From NCBI RefSeq assembly GCF_006345805.1, contig NC_043001.1:77686001-77750000 (forward strand): a stretch of 64,000 nt of DNA. Direction: 5' to 3'. The position numbers and the translations under genes were made by a program. Of the stretch, positions 1-12,610 are shown piece by piece (positions within the stretch are counted from its first letter, which is position 1; each line of letters begins with the position of its first letter). The notes beneath the pieces are model-generated. The model made no database searches. It saw only the letters and a list, made by a program, of their open reading frames with translations, and was not told where the DNA came from. The stretch comes from Octopus sinensis (lineage: Eukaryota).

Positions 1-255
1 GGGAAACACCTCAGGTGTCTAAGAGCAGTTGCACTTGATAGTAAATAAACACACGAATCTCGGTGTTTTCACTGCTGACATTAGGTGGATGCTTGCTTAT
101 TGAAATTTGATATCTTAATATCTGTTCTATGTTATCTGCTAGCTTAATGACCCGGTAATGGGGTTGATGGAATTGGCTGGCACTCCCCTCTACAGTCCCT
201 GGGCTTGAACCAAAATTTATAATTATCATTATAATTATTGTTGTTCTAGTTTTGC

Positions 256-312
<57 letters not shown>

Positions 313-360
313 CTTGTCCTTCAATTACGTAACCATGTCTTCTTAAAACCTCTTTTACTC

Positions 361-567
361 TCTTTTACTCTTTTATTTGTTTCAGTCATGTGACTGTGGC
401 CATGGTGGAGCACCGCCTTTGGTCGATTAAATCGACCCCAGGACTTATTCTTTCCAAGCCTAGTACTTATTCTATCGGTCTCTTTTACCGAACTGCTAAG
501 ATACGGGGACGTAAACACACCAGCATCTGTTGTGAAGCGATATTGGGGGAGAAACACAGACACACAA

Positions 568-615
<48 letters not shown>
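361..615 (-). mobile_element. SINE family B, 3' half, ending in the internal (CA)n/(TA)n array
   Basis: Reverse complement of the 3' half of the complete copy at 36061-36449 (GTTTCAGTCAT..GACTG.GGCCATG.TGGAGCACCGCC, GACTTATTCTTT..AAGCCTAGTACTTATTCTATCGG). Confidence 0.85.
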
Positions 616-636
<21 letters not shown>

Positions 637-638
<2 letters not shown>

Positions 639-750
639 CGGCTTTTGTGTGTTTCTTAAATGGCTTATAAACACCTTCCACGCTGCAATTGTTTTCGTTT
701 CAGCACACGATCTCAGATCAAATTACTTGCTATGCGGGTACATCTCCGTA
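637..750. mobile_element. Short interspersed element in (TA)n with TACGG...CCGTA ends (unclassified)
   Basis: Non-repetitive 114 bp flanked by (TA)n on both sides, with 5-bp inverted ends. The right end (RC TACGGAGA) matches the start of the repeat at 11377. Confidence 0.3.
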
Positions 751-781
<31 letters not shown>

Positions 782-1233
782 CGCATATATACATATATAC
801 GATGTGGAAAGCTACTTACCACACAGCCACTCCTACGCCTAGGGCACAAAAAAATAGCTGAATACATTAATAGGACATTAAGATAAACACACCAGGTTAT
901 TCATTTACAGATTGTCCCTTGCATGTGGTAGAAAAAAGGAGAAAAAAGTCAGAAAGGAAAAGGAAGAAAGAATGCAAGAAAATCTTTTAAATGAAGAAGC
1001 CCACGCAGAAGTTGAAGGGGTCAGAAAGGAAAGATAATTCACTAATCCACAATGGCAATCGTCTCCTCAATACGTATGATGTACCAGTGAAGACAATCTT
1101 TTGCACTTCTTGTCTTAACTGGTACACACGCCGTATTGGGTACAGCATTGTCGCTGTGGATTTTCTTTTCCTATTTTCCTCCTCCTCCTCTCTTCTTCTT
1201 CTTCTCCTTCTTCTTTTTCTTCTTCTTCTTCTT

Positions 1234-1300
<67 letters not shown>

Positions 1301-1775
1301 ATCCCCTTCTTCTTGTAGTGGTGCATGTAGCTAAATAGTTAAATGATCTCTCTTGCAAGAAAGAATAGAGTTACCTCCCTTCCTTAGTTTCTCTAAGCAT
1401 CTTTGTCATGAATCTTAGTGTTTCTCGTTGAAGTTTCTAGAATCTCTAGCGTTCCATTAATAAAAACAGCTTGCTAAACCTGCTCTTCGCTTCTTAGTCG
1501 ATTAGACCTAGAGCCATTCACGTCACTGCTATGTCAGTCTATTTCTCTACACCATATGACTGAAAACTACCACTTAGCTGTTATTTCTACATTTCCTATC
1601 TCTGAATTTTCTTGCAGAGATTACTTCATTCAATTAGATTCTACATTTTGATTTTCATCATCGACCAGTAAATAAAATATATTTTTAAAGTAGTAAATAT
1701 ATAACTCTTGAATTTATTCTTCATCTCTATGTGAACAATTGTAATAACGTACACGCAGCCACATAAGCACCTTGT

Positions 1776-1983
1776 AGCGAACTGGCAGAATCGTTAGAAT
1801 GCCGGGCAAAATGCTTAGCGGTATTTCGTCTGTCTTTATGCTCTGAGTTCAAATTCCGCCGAGGTCAACTTTGTCTTTCATCCTTTCGGTGTCGATAAAT
1901 TAAATACCAGTTGCGTACTGGGGTCGATCTAATCGACTGAACACCTTCCAAATTTCAGGGCCTCTACCTACAGTAGAAAGGAT
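1776..1983 (+). mobile_element. tRNA-derived SINE family A
   Basis: Head GCGAACTGGCAGAATCGTTAG (A-box-like), B-box-like GAGTTCAAATTCC, body CTTTCATCCTTTCGG..GTCGAT..AGTACCAG..ACTGGGGTCGAT, then an (ATT)n tail. More than 10 related copies in the window. Confidence 0.85.
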
Positions 1984-2008
1984 ATCATCATCATCATTAT
2001 TATTATTA

Positions 2009-2093
<85 letters not shown>

Positions 2094-2109
2094 CATCATC
2101 ATCATCATT
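1984..2109. repeat. (ATT)n/(ATC)n microsatellite shared as SINE tail and LINE boundary
   Basis: Direct reading. Confidence 0.95.
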
Positions 2110-3600
2110 TACTTTGCACAGCTTCTAACATTTTATAACCATATTGAGCAATTTCGAGAGAAGTATTAAGGCTAGACAAAAAGTAGAGTGATGATAGTGA
2201 GTCACCCTGGTAAATGCCAGATGAAATTCATACATGTCTAGATTCATTGTTACTTTTCAAAATCAGTGTGGTTCTCCATGATCTTATACTTTTATTTTAT
2301 ACATTGCCAGACATTTCTTAATCCGGCTATGAAAAGCATTTTCATAGTCTATCAAGGCTATTGACAAGTTTTTGTGTCTTTTGTGACAATCTTCTAAGAT
2401 CATCTTATTGATGAGGAGCTGATCTTTACAACCATAAGATCCACGTTTACATCCTTTCTGTTCATTAGGGAATATGCTACTTTCTATTAAAAATCTATAG
2501 GTATATTCAGTCAGGACAGATGTTAGCGTTTTATACATTGTTCTTAAGCAGGTTATGGGTCGATAATTTTTTGTTCATTTGTTTCTTCATGTTTTGGAAG
2601 TAGGAGTGTTAAACCATTAACTACCCAGGAGAGAATCATACTAGGATGTTGAAAAACATTGTTGCAAAGTTTTGTTAGCAGTTCATGGGTAGGCATTGAA
2701 CCAAAAGTTAGTAATTTTATCCTTTACTGGAGACGACTTCCATTTGCTTGCCCTACTGAGAGCAGATCTTACATCTTCAACCTTGACACACCCACTTTTG
2801 CTCTTCCAAGTACTCTTTTTGTGCAAGGCTGTCACATCCACTTACCAAGTTGGTCACATTTTTCTCTACTCTTTCCACACTGTCTGCATTTCTGGGTGCC
2901 AGAGGTTTTATAGATGTTATAATTGGTCACTAGAGCCTGGTCTTGTGCAGCAATGTGCAGGCTTTAGGTGGTACGCTTCAAATCAACTCGCTCAAACTAT
3001 GCCCACGATGCTGTATTATCCTTAAAATCCTGTGTATTCCTTTCAAACTGCTAATGCATTCTCATTTCAAGAAGGTCTTCTTTTCTCTTATCCTCGGCTT
3101 TTTGGTTAGACTCTTCCTTGCCCATCATTTCCTCTGCATTTACACCCATATATTTCGTAGCATATTGCAGCAGGTCTTCATCACTATTTATCATATACTT
3201 GGCAAGCATTCTCCTTTCACTCCTTATACAATGGTTTATACTAATTAGTTCTCAGCCACCATTCTTTCTTGTCATATACAGTCTGTTTACGTTTGCTTTA
3301 GTCTTTAACGCCCCATGCAACATCATTAACTGTCTCGTCCTTCTATCCAGTGTTCATATTTCCCCCTTAGTCCATTTGAGAATGGACGCACTATGTCTGA
3401 CCACCGCAACTACCCAGATATTCATTGCGGTAATAAAAATGTTGGCATTCAGTTTGGATTTCAACACCATCTTCATCCATTTTTGATACGCCTCGCTGGC
3501 CTTAACTTACATTTCTCTGTGTAGAATGTCATCCAGTTTCAAAATCCCTAAATGTCTATACCTACCACCGTCTCTAGCCTATCAATAATACCAAGGCAGA
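2110..3600 (-). mobile_element. R4/Dong-type non-LTR retrotransposon fragment(s), degraded
   Basis: RT motifs MYKTLT, EQKGCKRGSYGCKDQLLINK, IDYENAFHS (ORF 2284-2538); GIYQGDSLS near 2200; YRHLGILKLDDILH near 3520-3560. Many stops and frameshifts. Confidence 0.8.
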
Positions 3601-3876
3601 ACAATGTTCATGACAACACTTTCGATCAGTTAAGATTAGAAGCCATGGGAGCCACTGCTTGGTATTGCATATTATTATCTGATGTAAACTCTCAGCTTAT
3701 TTTGCTTGGTGTGATGAAAAGTGTCATCTGTCCATAACCAGAGGACTAAACTGATACTTGTTTACTAGTCATGCTTCAAGAACTCTTCAGTTCTTATCAA
3801 TAAGAACTCTTCAGTTCTTATCAATGATGATAGGTGTTCTATCTTTACACTTGTACCAATCATCTTGAGCAAGGTT

Positions 3877-4270
3877 GGTTAAGTTAAGTTAAGTTAAGTT
3901 AATTTTTTGGCTCAAAAAGCAAAAAGCAAGGCCATGTAGGGGGACATGGAGTTAAGTTCAGGGTTGTTCATGCAAAGAGTTCAGGCCATTTCTGGTCAAG
4001 AGAGACTTTGAACCGAGCGGTCGTCGGCATCTTCACTATCTTCACTGGCAGCTTAGTCCACGGATCCGCAACCCGGACGGAGAAAGCCGCTCTCCTTCGA
4101 TTGAGATGAAATCGTCGCAGATAGAGCTTTTCGGAGTGACCCCGCAGCCGATGCTCTGGGGCAGGAGTGAAGAACAGCTCTTTCGAGAGGTTACACTTCC
4201 GCTTATGATGTTGTGAGCAAGAATGAGATCACCACGGCGTCGTCGTTGGTAGTTGGTTAGTGATATATCC
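3877..4270 (-). mobile_element. CR1-type LINE 3' end with (AACTT)n tail
   Basis: RRRRGDLILAHNII, then in a shifted frame RLRGHSEKL..RRFHLNRRRAAFSVRVADPW; tandem AAGTT repeats at 3878-3902. Confidence 0.8.
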
Positions 4271-4482
4271 AAGCGCGCCAGCTGGTAGAATTAGGTCACC
4301 GGGTGTAATGCTTTGTAACATTTCGTCCATCTTAATATTCTGAGTTGAAATTTCGCTGAGATAAACTTTGCCTTTCATCTTTTCGGGCTCAAGGAAATAA
4401 TTACCCGTTACACAACGGGGTCGATATGATCGACTGATGCCCTATCCCAGAATTTCAGACCTTGCTCCTGTAGTAGAAAGTA
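4271..4482 (+). mobile_element. SINE family A (diverged)
   Basis: Colinear with 1776-1983; ends GTAGAAAG followed by (ATT)n. Confidence 0.8.
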
Positions 4483-4689
<207 letters not shown>

Positions 4690-7470
4690 GTCATTTACTT
4701 TTAATCTGCATGTTTGATGCAATCCACCTGCCGGGGCACACCAGCGCCCTAGGGCAAGTGAAGGTTAAGAGTTGTGTTGAAATATAGCTGAAGCTTGGGG
4801 AGGGGAGTAGTGAATATCTCCATGTAATGCAAACACAGACATTTACATTGACATGGTTTTTCTAAGGATGTGGGCAGTACTTGTTAGCACAATCTTTTGG
4901 ATTTCCTTGAGACATGGTTTTCCAGGGATATTGTCATGGTGTTTCTGACATCCCTTTTTTATCATACCTAGGGCACCTACAATAACAGGAACAGTTTTTG
5001 TTTTAAGATTCCACATCCTCTGTATTTCGATTTCCAGGTCCTTATATTTACTAAGTTTGTCAAATTCCTTGACAGATACATTTTTATCAGTGGGGACGCT
5101 TACTTCTATTAGTCTGCAGGTATTTCTTCCCTGTCTTTAACAATTATGTCTGGTCGATTAGCCTTGATCGTTCTGTCAGTGTTGACTGGGAAACCCAGAG
5201 GATGGTGACATCTTTACCTTCAACAACTGGCTGAGGATGGTGTTCATACCAGTTAGCAGGAGTGTCGGATTTGTAGTGTTTACATATCTCAATGTGTATA
5301 TACTGTCCTACCCTATCGTGGCGATTGTTGTGTATTCGTTTGGTGTCAGCACAGGACATCCCGAAACGAGATGGTCTATCGTTTCGTCAAATGTGTCGCA
5401 GAATCTGCATTTAGGGTCAGTACCGTTTCGGAGAACGTTAGCCTGGTAATTTCTGGTAAACAAGCTTTGATCTTGTGCTGCCATTATGAAACCTTCAGTC
5501 TCTGCTTTCAATCCAGAGCCTTCAGCCACTGATGGGTTGTTGCTTGGTCTACATCAGCATTTTGGCTTCGGAGAATATATTGTCCATGCAGGGGCTTCTG
5601 GCTCTACCGCCTCTCAATTTGATTCTGCCCGTTCTTTTTTGCAGTCTGCTTGATTCGCTTTGCTTGCTTGGTAGCAGTGGTTTCCGGCTCTTCATCTGAT
5701 TCAAGGTTAATGTCTAGTTCCCTTTCGAACTTATAAGCTTCCTTGACAATAGAATGCAGCTTTTTGTTGCTTTCGTGTTCGCACACAAGTCGCAGCATCC
5801 AGTCCTTTGTACTAGATAGGTACCTGTTCATTCCTACAGTAGAGGTCTTATAGCACAGCTCTAATTGCATCATTCCTCTCCCCCCGCTGCTTCTAGGTAG
5901 GTACAAGCGGTCTACATCTCCCTTAGGGTGGTGCATGCTCTTGGATGTCAGTAACTTTCTTGTCTTCCTGTCTAAGCGTTGGAGTTCCGTAAGGTTCCAG
6001 TTAAGATATTAAAACTGTATTCTGGACTACTGGAAGTGCCAGGGTGTTAATGGCCTCAATGCAATTTTTGGAGTTGAGTTCAGTCTTCAGTACAAGCCTT
6101 ATTCTCCTATAGTATTCCTTTCTTATTTTTCCTTCATAGTAGCATGATGTGATACCATCTCCTGTTGATTCCTAGGTATTTTGTACTTTCCTGTGGGTCA
6201 AGTTCCTTGATGGTAGTGTCAATATCTAATTTAACAGAAGCTGTTTGCCTGAGCTTGCCTCTTACAAAAGTTGCTTTCGCACACTTATCAAGGCCAAAAT
6301 CCATCCGATATCATTGCTAAAACTTAACAGTTGTTAGCACCTTCTAGCTCTTGGTCATTCCTGGCAAACAGCTTTAGGTCGTCCATATAGAAAAGATGGT
6401 TTATTAACTTACTAAAAACTTTGTACCATATCTGGTACTATCCAATTCGTTTGAGAGTGGGATCAGTGCCATGCAAAAAAGTAATGGAGAGAGGGAGTCA
6501 CCTTGAAAGATGCCTCGTTTGACGTTGATGCTGTTGGACTGGCTCATCCCATTACTATGGCTTAGAAAGAGAGTTGTTTCCACATGGTATGCTATTCTCT
6601 AAGAATTTTGAGACGACAGGAGAGATCTTGTATATCTCAAGGGCCTTGAGTATCCATTTATGTGGGACACTGTCATACGCTTTCCTGTAGTCTATCCATG
6701 CCATACTCAGGTTTTTGTTTTTTGCTCCGGCAATTCTCTACAATCATTCTGTTATGAGCAATTGGTCTTTGCACCCATAAGATTTCTTTTACAACCTTTT
6801 TGAGCTTGTGGAAGGATAGAATTTGTTCAAGGAAGCGTACTTCTCTCCGTTATTATGGATGTGAGGATTTTGTAGGTGGTGTTGAGACATTTATTTGGCC
6901 GGTATCTTTGGGTTTTTTGTGTCTTCGGTTTTAGGTAATAGGTAGGTGGTTCCTTCAGTCAGCCAAGCAGGTATTTGCTCTGGGTTCTGAATGACATCAG
7001 ACAGAGATGCAGCGAGATGTTCGTGTACCTCTGTCAAGCAATTCAGCCAGAAGTTAGGGATCCGATCCAGTCCTGGGGTTTTCCATTTATGAGCCTTCCT
7101 AAGGACAACCTTAGCTCCTCTATTCCTATTGCTTCCCATTTCTGTTCTTCAAGTTCATCCAGTCTCTCTTCTCACGTTCTATCCAGTCAGCCTCAGGATT
7201 AAACTCTTTTTCGTTGCTCCATACCTTCTTCCAGAACTCCTCCACTTCCTCAATCTTAGGTGGATCTTCTATGTGTATTTTATTTTGCCAATTTCCCTAT
7301 AAATTTCTTTGCATCTGTCTTAAAAAATTTATTTTGTCGATAAAATTTGTTCTTTTGTCATACCTTCTAAGCCGTTGAGCTTTCAACTGTATCCGTTGTT
7401 TCAACAGTTCCTTAGTTGCAGGGAGGTTTATGAGATCTTTGATTTTATATTTTTGCTTGATTTTTCTTCT
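4690..7470 (-). mobile_element. R4/Dong-type LINE, 5'-truncated, with RT, CCHC knuckle, REL endonuclease and 3' UTR
   Basis: QRLRRYDKR (7297-7593 ORF), KTPGLDRIPNFW, GIFQGDSLSPLLF, NHLFYMDDLKL (~6370-6405), MHHPKGDVDRLYLPRSSGGRG, CRFCDTFDETIDHLVSGC, RHDRVGQYIH, RPDIIV, terminal TAHILRKTMSM* near 4845, then UTR and sense (TAA)n tail. Frameshifted. Confidence 0.92.
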
Positions 7471-7471
7471 T

Positions 7472-7561
<90 letters not shown>

Positions 7562-8998
7562 TTATTATTCAATTGTTTCTGTTTAGATTCCACATTCTAG
7601 TTACCTCTATTTCCAGGTCTTTGTATTTTGAAAACTTCTCCATTTCTTTTAGAGTCTCGTTGCCATCTGCTGGTATTGATACATCAATTAGAAAGCATTT
7701 TTTTCCTTGGTGATCTCTGACAACTATATCTGGTCTGTCGTCCTTAATTTCTCTATCTGTGTGTATCGGCATATCCCAGAGTATGGTTGCTTTCTCGTTT
7801 TCTGTGACCTTTTCTGGTGTGTGCCTATACCATCTTTTTTTCTGTTGTTATTCCATAATGTTGGCATAGCTTCCTGTGTATGTAGGTCCCTACTCTGTCG
7901 TGTCTGTAAATATATTCCTTCTTAGCCAGGACTGGGCAGCCAGAGATAATATGATTTATTGTTTCTTGTCCATCTCCACATATTCTGCAGTTACTTGTTA
8001 TATTTCTTTTCATTACATGTTTTTGGTAATTTCTGGTGGGGAGGCTTTGGTCTTGTGCTGCAATTAAAAATCCCTCTGTCTCTGCTTTGAATCATGAGCT
8101 TCTCAACAATTGCTGGGGATTTTTCTTTGTCTATTTATTTTGCATTTAATTTAGTCCAGTATTTACCATGAAGGGGCTTTTCTTGTCATCGTTTTATCAT
8201 GGTTCGTTGCTGTTCTAGTTTTAGCTTGGATTTCATTTGGTTTATAGATTTTGTTGTTTCTTCTTCTTCTTCTTCTTCTTCTTCTTCTTCTTCTTCTTCT
8301 TCTTCTTCTTCTTCTTCTTCTTCTTCTTCTTCTTCTTCTTCTTCTTCTTCTTCTTCTTCTTCTTCTTCTTCCTCATATTTGTTAGGTGGTATGATTTCAT
8401 GTTTGTATTTGTCAGCTTCCTTAAATACTGAGAATAGTTTTTTGTTTTGCTCGTGTATTGCCGCTATTTGTATCAGTTTTACTTCCTTCTGAAGTAGATA
8501 TTTTTGCAGTCCTATGGTGGTTATTTTATAGTAGTTTTCCAGCTTTATAAGGCCTCTACCACCTTCTATACGTTGTATATATAGTCTTTCTATATCAGAT
8601 TTTGGATGATGCATCCTAGATCCTGTCATTATTTTTCTTGTTTTCCTATCTATTTTGGTCAGTTCATTTAGTGTCCAGTTAAGAATACTGTAGCTGTAAC
8701 TTATAACTGGGACGGCTAAAGTGTTAATACATATTATCTTGTTTTTAGCATGGAGCTCTGTTTTTAGTATTGATGTAACTCGTCTATAATATTCTTTTTT
8801 TATTTTCTCTTTCATTTTGAGTGTGTTGTGTCTTATCTAGTTCATGGATTCCTAAGTATTTGTAAGTTTGGCTTTGGTCTAATTCTTTTATTGGTTTTAT
8901 CTAGTGTGATGTTGTTGCTACTCTTAACTAGTTTTCCTCTTTTCATGGTTACTTTGGCGCATTTTTCTAATCCAAATTTCATATCTATTTCTTTGGTT
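7562..8998 (-). mobile_element. Second R4/Dong-type LINE fragment (different subfamily), bounded by (TAA)n on both sides
   Basis: DMKFGLEKCAKVTMKRGK (~8930-8990), MHHPKSDIERLYIQRIEGGRG, CRICGDGQETINHIISGC, RHDRVGTYIH, DRPDIVV..CFLIDVSIP..EKFSKYKDLEIEV. The last part of the REL domain and the 3' UTR are missing. Confidence 0.92.
8258..8374 (-). repeat. (GAA)n expansion inside the LINE ORF, in-frame poly-Glu (~39 codons)
   Basis: ORF 8186-8815 reads through the run: PNKY-E(n)-TTKSINQMK. Confidence 0.9.
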
Positions 8999-9035
8999 TA
9001 TATTATTATTATTATTATATTTATTATTATCATTA

Positions 9036-9067
<32 letters not shown>

Positions 9068-9082
9068 GCTATTATTATTACT

Positions 9083-9161
<79 letters not shown>

Positions 9162-9180
9162 TTATTATTATTATTATTTG

Positions 9181-9288
9181 TCTCTCATCTTTTCGATGTC
9201 GATTAAATAAGTACCAGTTGAGCACTGGGGTCGATGTAATCGACCGATCCCTACCTTCACCACACCGTCCTTGAGGCAAAAATGTTGA

Positions 9289-9353
<65 letters not shown>

Positions 9354-9505
9354 TTATTATAAATAAGGCGGGAGCTGGCAGAATCGTTTTCACTTCGGGC
9401 AATATACTTAGCGGAAATTTTTCCGTCTTAACATCTCGGGTTCCAAATCCTTCAGTGGTCATCTTTGCATTTCATTCGTTCGGTATCGATAAAACAAGCA
9501 CTATT
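9181..9505 (+). mobile_element. Two SINE family A fragments (3' half with (TAA)n, then a 5' half)
   Basis: TAAGTACCAGTTGAGCACTGGGGTCGATGTAATCGAC at ~9208; GGCGGGAGCTGGCAGAATCG at ~9367. Confidence 0.75.
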
Positions 9506-9534
9506 TAATTGCTGAAATTGTTGGCGTTGTGGAA

Positions 9535-9790
9535 AACGTTGTTGTTGTTGTTGTTGTTGTGTTGTTGTTGTGTTGTTGTGTGTTCTTCTTTTCTTCTTCT
9601 TCTTCTCTTCTCTCCTCCTCCTCCTTCTCCTTCCTCCTCTCCTCTTCTTCTTCTTCTCTTCTTCTTCTTCTCCTCCTCATCTCTCCTTCTCCTTCCTCCT
9701 CCTCCTCCTCTCGCTCTTCTTTTCTTCTTCTTCTTATTCTTCTTCTTTTCTTCTTCTTCTTCCTTCTTCTTTCTTATTATTATTATTTGT
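9535..9790. repeat. Compound (TTG)n/(TTC)n/(CCT)n/(TTA)n low-complexity tract
   Basis: Direct reading. Confidence 0.9.
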
Positions 9791-10317
9791 ATTGTGCTTA
9801 AATCTATTCCAATATTTCTCGAACAGTTCTAAATCTAACAAAAATAAATTCGGAATTTTTTTTTACTCGTAGACTTTTATTGAACTATTCATCCCGTTCC
9901 TAATTAAAATATCATGGTCGATTTTTTAGATTATTTCCATTTCTCTAACTTCGAATGTCAATAATGACTCCTCTTTTCATCGCATACCTCTGCCAAGAAA
10001 TTGTATTTAATAGAGCAAGACAGCATTCAAGGAGTGACAAAAAAGCTCCAAAAGAGTTATATTGAATATCCCGATTTTCAACAAGAAAGTATATATAAAG
10101 AATAAATAATTGTATATAACATCAGCAACTGTAACATGAATACTTGTATGCAGTTACTCAACCTGACGTCTGTCAATGCACTTTTAAATGAGCAAATTCC
10201 TAGCATGAAACACATTTTCCTGGATGAACAAATGTAAAGCAGCTGTTAATAAGCATACATACATACATACATATGTATATATATATATATATATATATAG
10301 GTGCAGACCTGGGTATG

Positions 10318-10475
10318 GACGCAGGCGTGGCTGTGTTGTCAGAAGATTCCTCCCCAAACATATGGCTCCGGGTTCACATCCACTAAGTGGTGTCTGGGAA
10401 AAGTGTCTTTTGCTCTAGCCTCCGAACCAAACCTTTCTAAGTGGACTTGGTAGAGGGGAACTGAAGAAGCCCCTC

Positions 10476-10560
<85 letters not shown>

Positions 10561-10860
10561 TATATGTATATTATATATATAATATATATATATCATAAAT
10601 TATATATATATATTTGTATATATATATATGTATATATATATATAATATATATATATATATATTTATATATATACCAATATAATGTATATATGTATATATA
10701 TATATATATGGGGGGGTATCTGTCTCTGTATCCCATCGCTGCATGACACCTGTGCTGATCTGTTTACGTTCTCGTAAGATAGTGGTTCGGTAAAAGGGCC
10801 CGATAAATTAAATACCAAGCTTAAAACAAATAAGTACTGGGGTCCATTCATTGGACTAAA
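10318..10860 (+). mobile_element. SINE family B, diverged, with internal (TA)n expanded to ~230 bp
   Basis: Head GCAGGCGTGGCTGTG..CCGGGTTCA..; body resumes after the TA array with TAAGTACTGGGGTC; colinear with 36061-36449. Confidence 0.7.
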
Positions 10861-10919
10861 AATTGTCCAAATCGGTGACCCAGTATGGCTACAAGTAGAG
10901 GATAAGAAATGTTTCTTCT

Positions 10920-11160
10920 ATCCTGTAACTTGTTTCCAACATTTAATTATGATCATGCTGGAGCACCACCTTAAAGGGATTTTAGTCGAAGAAATCCACC
11001 CCAGGACTTATTCTTTGTAAGCCTAGTACTTATTGTATTTGTCTCATTTGCGGTACCATTACATTACATTACATTACATCATCGGTTGTCAAACGTTGGT
11101 AGGGGGATACAGACAGACACGCATAAACATCTTCATATATACCAAATCCACTCACAAGTG
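10920..11160 (-). mobile_element. SINE family B fragment
   Basis: CATGCTGGAGCACCACC..CCCCAGGACTTATTCTTTGTAAGCCTAGTACTTATT..CCAAATCCACTCACAAG. Confidence 0.8.
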
Positions 11161-11376
11161 AAAATTTATTTACATTATATTACAAATTTATTTACATTCC
11201 AATATAATGTGTGTAGAATTTAGAACACTTATAGATAGAAGGTCTTATAGTTGTTTCCAAGATATTTAGTATATCCCTTTGTTGGAGACGGTGTGAGAGG
11301 ATGGTTAAGAAATAGTTAATTTAGATAAGATATAAAATAGAAAATTTAGTTATATATATATATATATATATATATA

Positions 11377-11570
11377 CGGAGAGTTTACAAAAAAAAAACA
11401 AAAGACGAAGACAGGTGTTGTACAAAACAAACAGATGTATTAGTATAACGCTCAGGAATAGAAAAAGGCTTTTACATTTCGAGACTATGCTTTTCTACAG
11501 AAAGGGACAGAAAAAACAAGGAGAGAAAAAAATGTGTGTAGTGGCTAACAGTTTATCATGGCGATTGATA
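11377..11570 (-). mobile_element. Short repeat in (TA)n with a degenerate hammerhead-like motif at 11468-11503
   Basis: Homologous to 38707-38900 (GAAGACAGGTGT..CAAACAG.TGTATTAG.ATAACGCTC). The minus strand reads CTTT-CTGTAGAA-AAGCATAGTCTC-GAAA-TG-TA-AAAG. Confidence 0.55.
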
Positions 11571-12537
11571 TATATATATATATATATATATTGAGAAAGA
11601 GAAAGAGAGATAAACAAGCCAAACAACTGGTATCAGGTTATGTTATGATATATCTTTAAACATGATGTTACAGGATTATAGTTTAGAAGAAAGGAAGAAT
11701 TAAATAGGTACGCACACCTATTTAATTCCTTCTCATGAACTGTTTTCATGCTTAAAGATATGTTATAATCTAACTTGATAAGAGTTGTTTTGCAAGTTTA
11801 TAAATTTATCGAATTATGTATGAACGTGCTCTATTGATAAACTGTCAATAGCCAATCGTCTTTATGCATTCTTGTTATATTTCTGCTATAACCATCTTGC
11901 TATGGTGTTGTTTTCACTTCCACTCCAGGTTGGAGTCTTGCGCTTCTAGTTTATCTTCACTGCTAATTATATACACCTATTACTGTAATCAGACGTGATA
12001 TTCCTTAAATTGATGGTTGTATGCAGTATTTATGCAGCTACATGTTGTCTTGTGAATATATATATACATATATATATATATCAAATCAAGGAGAAAAATC
12101 ATTTCCTTCAAAGGAATGTAAAATATCCAATTTTCACTGGTACTTCAGTTGAATACCACAAGTAAAATTGTATAATTACAATAGACATATATTAAAGGAA
12201 ACTGAGAAATACAATTGACATATTAAAACTTTATTTACATTATAATATAATTATACTATAAAAGGTATAATATAATATAACAAATAATTAAAACAAATAT
12301 AAATCCAACAACTTGTTTCGACTCATATCCACCAGTGAATTTAAAAGACTTCACATCTATGAATATGAGTCTCCTCAGAGCGATATTTGTTCAAAAAACA
12401 GACAAAAAGTCCATGCAAAAATGTTAAATCATAAAAGAGACTGATTTAAATATATATCTATGTTTATAATCGTGACCGTTAATAATTTTGAAATGTAATA
12501 AATATAATATAAACAAAAAAATTCAAATATTATTATT

Positions 12538-12610
12538 ATTCAGGTTACTGCCTGGAATCGAATTCGGCACCTTGGGGTAAATAGCCCGCGCTCTTAACCA
12601 CTACCCGTGG
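12538..12610 (-). mobile_element. tRNA-like SINE head inserted in the old Penelope
   Basis: Minus strand TAGTGGTTAAGAGCGCGGGC...GAATTCGATTCCAGG (A/B boxes) followed by AATAATAAT. Confidence 0.6.

Noticed and set aside
987-1358. ORFs on both strands, including MLYPIRRVYQLR..CVGFFI* (minus)
   Set aside because: No acceptor (the upstream minus-strand sequence is purine repeat). The plus frame NGNRLL..W..RIGYSIV looks more like an APE endonuclease relic; neither reading is supportable.
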